Source: Podarcis vaucheri
Lineage: Eukaryota
Reading direction: 5' to 3' (one strand)
Length of the DNA stretch: 64,000 nt
Assembly: GCA_965113315.1 (NCBI GenBank)
Contig: OZ220370.1
Part shown: in pieces, positions 56,237 to 64,000 of the stretch
Layout: every line of letters starts with the position of its first letter
Position numbering within the stretch: position 1 is the first letter of the stretch
Notes under the pieces: model-generated
The model's input: the letters and a program-made list of their open reading frames with translations, nothing else
Database searches by the model: none
What the model was told of the DNA's origin: nothing
Program-made: the position numbers and the translations under genes

Positions 56237-56300
56237 TATTTATATGCTGTCCATCTGACTGGGTTGCCCCAGCCACTCTGAGAGGCTTCCAACAAATTAA
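56185..56300 (-). mobile_element. L2-type 3' end with (TTA)n tail, opposite orientation
   Basis: (aat)n then ctttatttatatgctgtccatctgactgggttgccccagccactctgagaggcttcca. Confidence 0.7.
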
Positions 56301-59300
56301 ACACATTAGGCGCAGTAACTCTCCTAGAAGCAGCTGTCTGCACAAGTTACAAATATTCAACACTATTTCTGAAAAGTTATAGTAACAATAATATTGTATT
56401 GCAACAAATTCAAGGCATTCTGTTTGTGTGTTTTGATAAAAGCTGTAAACAGTAGTTGTATATTGAGTTTAATATTTGCTATTGCTATCTCTGCCACTTC
56501 CCAATTTCATGAAAATGGGACACTTAGTGTCCAGAGAAGGTTTTTTTACTACTTAGCATAGACAATTACAGTCATTACACTAGATTACAGAAAAATATTT
56601 TCTTTAAAGTACCTGATTTCTTGATTTAATACTGGGGGGGGGGGATACTCAAAATGTATTTATCAGTGACAATGCAAAGTACTGGGAACAGCAATCAATG
56701 TGGGAAATACAAATGACTCAAAAGCAATCCAACTTGCTACAGGGCCGAGCTGAGGCAGGTAACTACCTAGGGTAGCAAAACATCTGGAGCAGCAAGCTGT
56801 TTAATGCTTGCTTTTTGCCTTTTAACTAAGAGCAAATCATTCATCTCAGGATGCTAAGGGCGGTAACATTTCTAGGTGTATTCCTCTTTGGAGTAGCTAG
56901 ACAAACTGGCAGAGGAGAATTTTGGATTGCCTACTTAGTGTATCTCCATTCAAACTGTTTTATTTTTCATTTACCACAGATACAATATTAAGACATATAA
57001 TGGGAAGTACTGGGAAACTCCCTCTCTTCTACCTGATTTTTTATGCAGTCACATATTTTATTCCTCCAAAGGAACGGCATTTGAGCCTATCTGTATGAAA
57101 CAATGTTAGATTTAAGAGCACACACACACGGAATATTTATAAGGCAACTTCAAAGTAAGTTTGAAAAAATATGAAGAGTAATGTTTTAAAATTGGAATGC
57201 CCTTAAGTGAGACTACATTAAATACAATTACAAAGTAACAACACTAAAGACTGATTTTGTCATTATTATCAAGTTATTATTGTAAATGCAATTCACGTTT
57301 GAATCACAGTTATTCTCCAAGTGAAACATCACAGTGCAGCTGACTGACTCCAGCTATAAAGGCTGCTCAAGATGCCTAGAAGCCATCAGGGTGGGCTTTA
57401 GTTTAGCGGTTGCTAGGGAAAACATTTAGTTTTTAAGATAATGCATTATTTTTTCTGCTATTTGGATTGTGTTCTTGTAGGATATGCCTTATTATGAATT
57501 AGTTAATTGTTTGATCTTACTGTATATTTATTAAGATAAGATATTTTGATTAGCCTATTAACATCTGTATGACTATTGAGATTTGCTATGCCTTGTAATT
57601 GGTACCTTATACTTGAATGTTATGTTTTATTATGCACATTTTTCTAATGCTTTGAGCTGCTTTGAGCATGGTTTACCATGGAAAAGTGGCCTACAAATAA
57701 GCAATGGTGATTATGATGATGCTAAGGCAAACATTTCGGTACTGGCCTGGAGAGTTTATTTCATCTTTGCTTCTCACAAATATCTGCAACACAGCTATTC
57801 TTATGAAATTAACACATATAAAGAGGCAAAACACAAATCACTGTTATCTTTGAAGGCTGAAAAGGTGTCTAATAAATGTGTGCATTTAAAAGGGAAGGAG
57901 GAAAAATACCGAAGCTTTCAAAATGAAAACGTTGCCTTAATCTCAAACAGAAACAGTACATCAAAAGTCATAAACTGTTAAAGCCTATTACACTCATGCA
58001 ACAACATCTCTGTGAAGAAGACTAAATTGTGTCTGTGTCAACGAAGGAAAATGAAAACTAATGATAGTCTCAAGGTCTTCATAACTGCGGGGACTTGATG
58101 CATAACACATTTGGTAAGCCACCAGAAACAGAGGACACACATGAAACAAGTGATTTATTGTGCAATTGAACAGCTAATGTAGGGCAGCCACATTATTAGT
58201 GTGAAATTATGCAAAGGCTGATGGAAATGCTTGTTCTAAACAGAATCAACTAACTGTAGCCTGTTAGTACATGCAATAGAAGCAGGCTGCAATACACTAA
58301 AAGCAAACTTTTCTCCTGAACCTGTCAAAAAGTTATAAACCTCAAGAACTATGTGTTTGCTAGATCAGACTACTTGACCCAAATATGTGTTGTTTTATTT
58401 CCCCTCAGTCTCTTCTTGACTGTGAAAAAAAATGGATCTATTAAAAGACTTCTTTGCATCAGGTTTTTATAGGAAATAATTGCTTTAAGAGACAAATTCT
58501 TGATCCACAGCACCGTGTGCATTCTAGCACACACAAAGGATTCTGGTACCCATTTTCCTTACCCTGGGGTAAGGGAACAGCAGCAAATGGGAAGTCCATG
58601 TAGAGCTCCTATACCTGGGATGGAGCTGCTATATTGTGATGAATCTATCTGCCACAGGGATTCTCAAATAAGCATGCAGATGTTGGACAAGCTGTAACTG
58701 TGTGTTGCTGGACCAATGTAAATCAATGAGGTTAGTACAAGTGTATTGGTGTGGTGGAAGCATATGATGGAATTACTATGTGCTGGAACTATTTGTAGAA
58801 GGCATGAAAATATCTCCTCTAAACATCTTTTTAGAAATCCTCTTGCTCATATGAAGTCTGAGCACACAACACGGTTCCTGAAATGTCATTTACCAGAGTT
58901 TCCGTTATCAGTATCACTCACATAGTTGCTGTTAGCTAGAGTCTAACTGGCAGAAGCCTTAGGAGCCTTTACAAAAGGGAGGCGGGGAGGAAGTCAACCC
59001 TTATAAAATGCAAAAAGTAGTGAGAGATATGCATGGTCATGGTCACACCCACAAATATGATGGATTATCTTATCCAGTGTTGAGAGCCCTAAAGCTTCAT
59101 TAGCACATTCTAATAAAAAATGCTTTTCAAAGGCACACATTCCTTTCATCCACATGCAAAACTGAAAGTCAGCAGGAGCCCTGATACTTCAAGAAAGAAG
59201 AATGACATTTTCACATAGTGATGATCAGTACCACGGCACAGCTAAATTAAATGAGCATAAACAGATTTCAGAGTAATATTTCACTATGCAGCAACACATT

Positions 59301-60105
59301 GTTAGTACATGTGAAACACCATATTTTTCAGACTGGGGGCACTGGCAATGCTGACCACAGAATTTCAGTATATTGTTTCTATCTGAATGTTTCGACATCA
59401 GTTGGTTGTATTTGTTCTGCTTCCCTTAAAATTGTCCACAGTATCTATTTTAATATGCATTTGTTCCCTGGATCTTCCAGCTGGGAAACAGGATTTCTTG
59501 TAAAAGCTACTTAGCGACAATGCACTTTTTTGGGGGGAAAGGAACCTTATTACTTGAGCTATACGTTGTTCTTGCAATCCCCCAGAAGCTCCAATCATCA
59601 GTTTCAAAAGATGCGATTCAAAAGTACCCACAACACATGATTTTACATTTAAAAGAAAATTTAATGAATAATATCCAATAAGCAACTGAGAACATCATAT
59701 CAGGCAGGGCCAAGTAGTCATAGTTATCAAATGAGAGGCCCTGTACTGTCTGTGAACCGCCTTCAGATATACAGATATAGGGCGGTATACAAATTTAATG
59801 AATAAAATAAAATACTCCTAAGAAACAGATATTCATCTAGTGGTTGGGACCCACAAGTGCATGACATTTTCACCTAAGGTGGGTAGCAGTAATGGCAGTG
59901 CCACTATTCCGTTTTTTAACTAAGAAAGAAAGCAAGTGACAATCTAAGTAGTCAGAAGTAAAGAAAGAAGGGTTCTGAACTTTTCAGAAGGATGTATTGG
60001 GAGGACTTTTAGCAGATGCAGATTTTCTCACCTCTGCATAACAAGCTGCATTTACCTAAATTCCCTCATCTGTGCCACCCTAGCAAGAACAGGAAGATGA
60101 CCATA

Positions 60106-60341
60106 CAGTGGTGCCTTGGTTTACGAACTTAATCCGTTCCGGAAGTCCGTTCTTAAACCAAGGCGTGCTTTCTCATAGCAGCAGAGGACTCAATTTACAA
60201 GTAGAACACACTCAACCGGAAGTGGAACATGTTCTGCTTCCAAGGCAAAGTTCACAAACCAAAACACCTACTTCCGGGTTCACAGCGTTCTTAATCCAAG
60301 TTGTTCATAAACTAAGCTGTTCTTAAACCAAGGTACCACTG
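60106..60341. mobile_element. Tc1/mariner (pogo/Tigger-like) MITE
   Basis: TA|cagtggtgccttggttta...taaaccaaggtaccactg|TA. Confidence 0.85.
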
Positions 60342-60725
60342 TATGAGATTAGTCAGAATCATGCCCCATGGTTATATTTATAGTTAAGGGAAGTTCCAGT
60401 GTTTAAGAAAGTAGGAATGCACTGCTGATTACATTTAGAGAGGGTTTTTATCTGCATTGACGTCACTTATTTGCTTTTATGGTCATCTGCTCTTTCCCAC
60501 ACTTTATATCTGCTGCATTTCTTGTTCCTACAATGTCCCATGCCAAGGATACATCAGAGGAAGAGAGCTGATCTTAAGATGTCAATGTAAGTTTATATTA
60601 GCACACCCTTATTCCCTCATTGTCAAAACAGCAATCGCAAAACAGAGCAGCTTTGACATTAGCCACTTGCAGGTTAGTCACAGTATATTTTGACCACTAT
60701 TTCCCCAGACCAACATTTCCATAAG

Positions 60726-60880
60726 GACATAAGAAGCGCTTTGCTGGATCAGGCCTCTGGCCCATTTGGTGCAGCATCCTTTGGTGCAGCCAGATGCCTA
60801 CATGAAGCATGCAAGCAAGTATTGAACACAAGAGCACCTAGAGTTCCCAACAAATAGTATGTAGAGGTATGCTGCCTCCA
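60726..60880 (-). mobile_element. Old CR1 3' UTR fragment
   Basis: acataagaagcgctttgctggatcagg...; approximate reverse complement of the tail at 29760-29862. Confidence 0.55.
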
Positions 60881-61486
60881 ACCACAACCAAATCATTTGG
60901 ATGAGCCAGTGTGTAAAATGTTTTGTGCATTTTTAAAAACATTATATGCAAGGCAGGAAAAAAAACGCAACACAGAATGAAGATTAAAAAACAGGCAAAG
61001 GAGGACAATAGAATGCTATCAACTTCACCTACAGCTGACAAGCATTAAAGCAGAAGAGCAAACAACAAATATTTGGCTTTATTCTAAATTAAAAGAGTGT
61101 AACGACCCCTCTTCAGTTGGGGATATTTTTTTTTTTTTGAGTAGTATAGGATGGAGGAAATATCTCAAAAATCTTGAAAGATCTAGCATTAAATTTACAA
61201 GCACCTAGCCACACATGAGCACTTATAAATCATAAGAGTCCAACTGAGTTTAATGCACATTCCACTAGGTCAAATCCTACAAGGTTTGGTTCCTACGTAT
61301 GCGAAAGATGATCTCTCCTCTTCCCATCCCTTATCACCATCTTATGAGGAAACATTTTCTTATCCATTTGCTATCATGGAATTCCTTCCCCTTGAAGACT
61401 TGACAGATCCTAAGTGCTTTAAGGACTTTTATCTGCTTACATTGCAGGCGTGTATGACTCAAGTTACTCAGAGGGGCAGAGCAACT

Positions 61487-61699
61487 TAGAATCATAGAAT
61501 CATAGAATCATAGAGTTGGAAGAGACCACAAGGGCCATCGAGTCCAACCCCCTGCCAAGCAGGAAACACCATCAGAGCACTCCTGACATATGGTTGTCAA
61601 GCCTCTGCTTAAAGACCTCCAAAGAAGGAGACTCCACCACACTCCTTGGCAGCAAATTCCACTGTCGAACAGCTCTTACTGTCAGGAAGTTCTTCCTAA
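61487..61699 (-). mobile_element. Young 5'-truncated CR1 LINE 3' end
   Basis: (tagaatca)3 octamer tail, then gagttggaagagaccacaagggccatcgagtccaacccc...actgtcaggaagttcttcctaa (minus strand: RKNFLTVRAVRQWNLLPRSVVESPSLEVFKQRLD). Confidence 0.9.
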
Positions 61700-64000
61700 A
61701 CTTTTAAGAACTGGAATAGTTTTAACTTAATGGTTTATTTATAACTCATGATCTGCTAACCTTGTTTTCTCAGTATTCCATAGAGCAAAGGTGAGCAGAC
61801 TTTGAGATAGCAGAACCAACATAGTTTTTTACTTCAGCAGTAGGATCTTGAACAGTAAGATCCATCAGCAGGAGTCAGGTGCAAAACAGAGGTTTGTGTG
61901 TGGTCAGTTTTTGTTGCCACAATCGTCACAACAATTAGGAGCAAAAAAAAAAAAAAAGTTCTACAAGAAGCTCTCAATCTACCTTCTGTCCACCCTTGCC
62001 GTGATGCACATTCTCCTCAGTCTCTGCCACTTACAAATGTCCTGAAATTGAACACTACTCTCCATAAAGCCTCTTTCCCTTCCCATCCACAGCATACCTT
62101 ATTTCCATATCTAAATACTATGTGCCTTTAGAAAGAATGTTTTTCTGTCCTGTCACTGGCTTGCATACCCATCTCTCAAATGCCTTTCCCCCCTCTGTGT
62201 AGCTCCTTTCTTCTCAGTAGAGTTCCATAAACTTCTCTTTTTTCTCTGATTAGCTTTGACACTCTCCTCTCCTTGCACAACTGGAAGTCTCTCTACATCC
62301 CATTTGCAAACCTTCCATTCTTCTCTGCTTCCCACCCCTGCAGATCTCTTCATTTATTCCTCTCATGTTTAGTGCCTCTCCCTTTTAAAACTCAAGGTGG
62401 CTAACAACCCACCCCCAAAATTACAAACACTGTATTTCTAAAAAAACAAAACAAAAAGCAATTAGAGATTTCATTAGGTTGCCTTATCTGTTTTAAAGTA
62501 CTTTTACAGCACAATCTTATACATCTTGACTCAAAAGCAGGTCCCTCTGAGACCCCTTTGAGTTTAATGGGGCTCATTTGCCTGATGAGTACACTCCAAG
62601 GGAGGAGCTGCCCATCTAGATAAATAAAGTCACAATCCTATCCAGATTTACTCTGGATTAAGTCCCATTGAACTCAGTAGGGTTTACTTCTAAGGCAATG
62701 TACACAGGATTGCACTGAAGGAAAACTGTGTGATTCTGAAAGTGAAATATGCGTCTACTAAAAACAGTTTAGAGTTGTTGTTGTTTTATAAAATTCAAAT
62801 ATCCAATATTTTCCAAGAAAATATGCACTGGAAAATTTGAAATGGAGCAATAAGCAGCACTATAAACAAAATTGATTAGAAGCAGAAGAGATGGTAATAA
62901 TTATACTATGAATAAAACACCTTCTTTTTCTTGTATCATCCTTGAATACAAGCCAGATAGATGAAAAAAGTCAGCAGAGCCCTATAAATCGCCTACATTA
63001 AAAAAAATCTGGACAAATGTTGATTACTGGTTGCCTGTATAAGGAGACATCAACAATCTGAAGGAAAAGCCATGAGAGATTGAAATTAGAAAGCCTTTTA
63101 GATGCTGTTGTCTAGGAGACACTAGAATCTACTGTATTGGTGACAAAAGAAAGAAAGGGCCGAGTGCAATTGCTAAGGCTTTCAGCCTACTCTCTTTCAT
63201 GTTCAGTTTGTTGAGAAGGGGGATGGTTCTGTGACAAATGCTGCTAAGATGAATAGCTGATTAAAGCAGAATTTAGCATTCATTTTACAAGTTAGCTGAA
63301 GAGGATTCATGGCACCATCACATCTTGGAAAAACATAATAGGCACGGATCTATGAACAGAGAGCAAAGCTGGCTTATTTGGAGAGTTGGATTTCACATAC
63401 ACATGTTTAGACAGAGAAATAAAATGACTCAAAATGAAATGCCATCAGCATTAATCAGGCACATTTGCAGATTATCAGAAGAGGAATCATATAAAAACAT
63501 TTCCCCAGAACATTTGCATTGATAGCTATAGAAGTGTTTGCAGAAACTGAAGTAAGAGCAACACACCATTGTTGGTTTTTACAGGAAACTTATTTTTTTG
63601 AAAACATAAAAGGTGGCTCAGAGACCCAAGACAACTCCGTGGGAAAGGTCATAATTACACCTTGCATCCGACAAAGTGGGCTTAAGCCCATAAAAGATTT
63701 ATGGTTGGTTTTACTGCAACTTCTACCCCCTCTGGAAACCTTGAAAGCTTTCACCATAAGCCAGCGAACTGTTACCTCTTTAAAACCACAGGAAAATTTA
63801 AATAAAAGTAATTTTTTAAAAATTAAACAACTATGCTTGAAGTCTGAGTGGGATGGCTTCTGCAGTTAGAACTATGGAGCAAAGGCTACATTCCATAATG
63901 GGTAACTCCTTCGCCAATCTACTCAGTGAATGAGTATATTGTACCTTCAAATGTATTAACTTGATTGGGTGAGGGGGAGTGCTATACAAACAATTATTGT

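Noticed and set aside
62582-62610. CTGATGAG resembling a second hammerhead core
   Set aside because: No properly placed GAAA box and no stem I or III.
35361-64000. Search for CDH2 exons 1-2 or a nested gene
   Set aside because: No signal-peptide or prodomain exon and no coherent exon chain found. ORFs such as 49853-50293 and 57583-57981 are low-complexity or repeat-derived. Consistent with the very large CDH2 intron 2.

Overview
Eukaryotic genomic DNA from a squamate reptile. Sauria SINEs, Bov-B, CR1, L2 and Penelope fragments point to a lizard, probably a lacertid (inference). The window is dominated by one minus-strand gene, CDH2 (N-cadherin). Fourteen coding exons (exons 3-16 by mammalian numbering) splice with GT-AG boundaries into one open frame of 2543 nt from 35360 to the TGA at 5447-5449. 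The 3' UTR runs to about 4205 and contains a 155-nt N gap. Exons 1-2 lie outside the window, so 35361-64000 is part of the large intron 2. Almost all entries in the ORF track are chance ORFs or exon/intron read-throughs. Introns hold many retroposons, DNA-transposon MITEs and microsatellites. The most interesting non-coding signals are: (1) a minimal hammerhead ribozyme motif inside a Penelope-like insertion, enclosed by a perfect 23-bp inverted repeat and a 15-bp TSD (9240-9422); (2) a candidate poison exon next to a (UG)24 tract in intron 11; (3) two SINEs with different tRNA heads on the same CR1-type tail; (4) a very young Sauria SINE pair; (5) a substitution in the EC4 IDPVNGQ motif.
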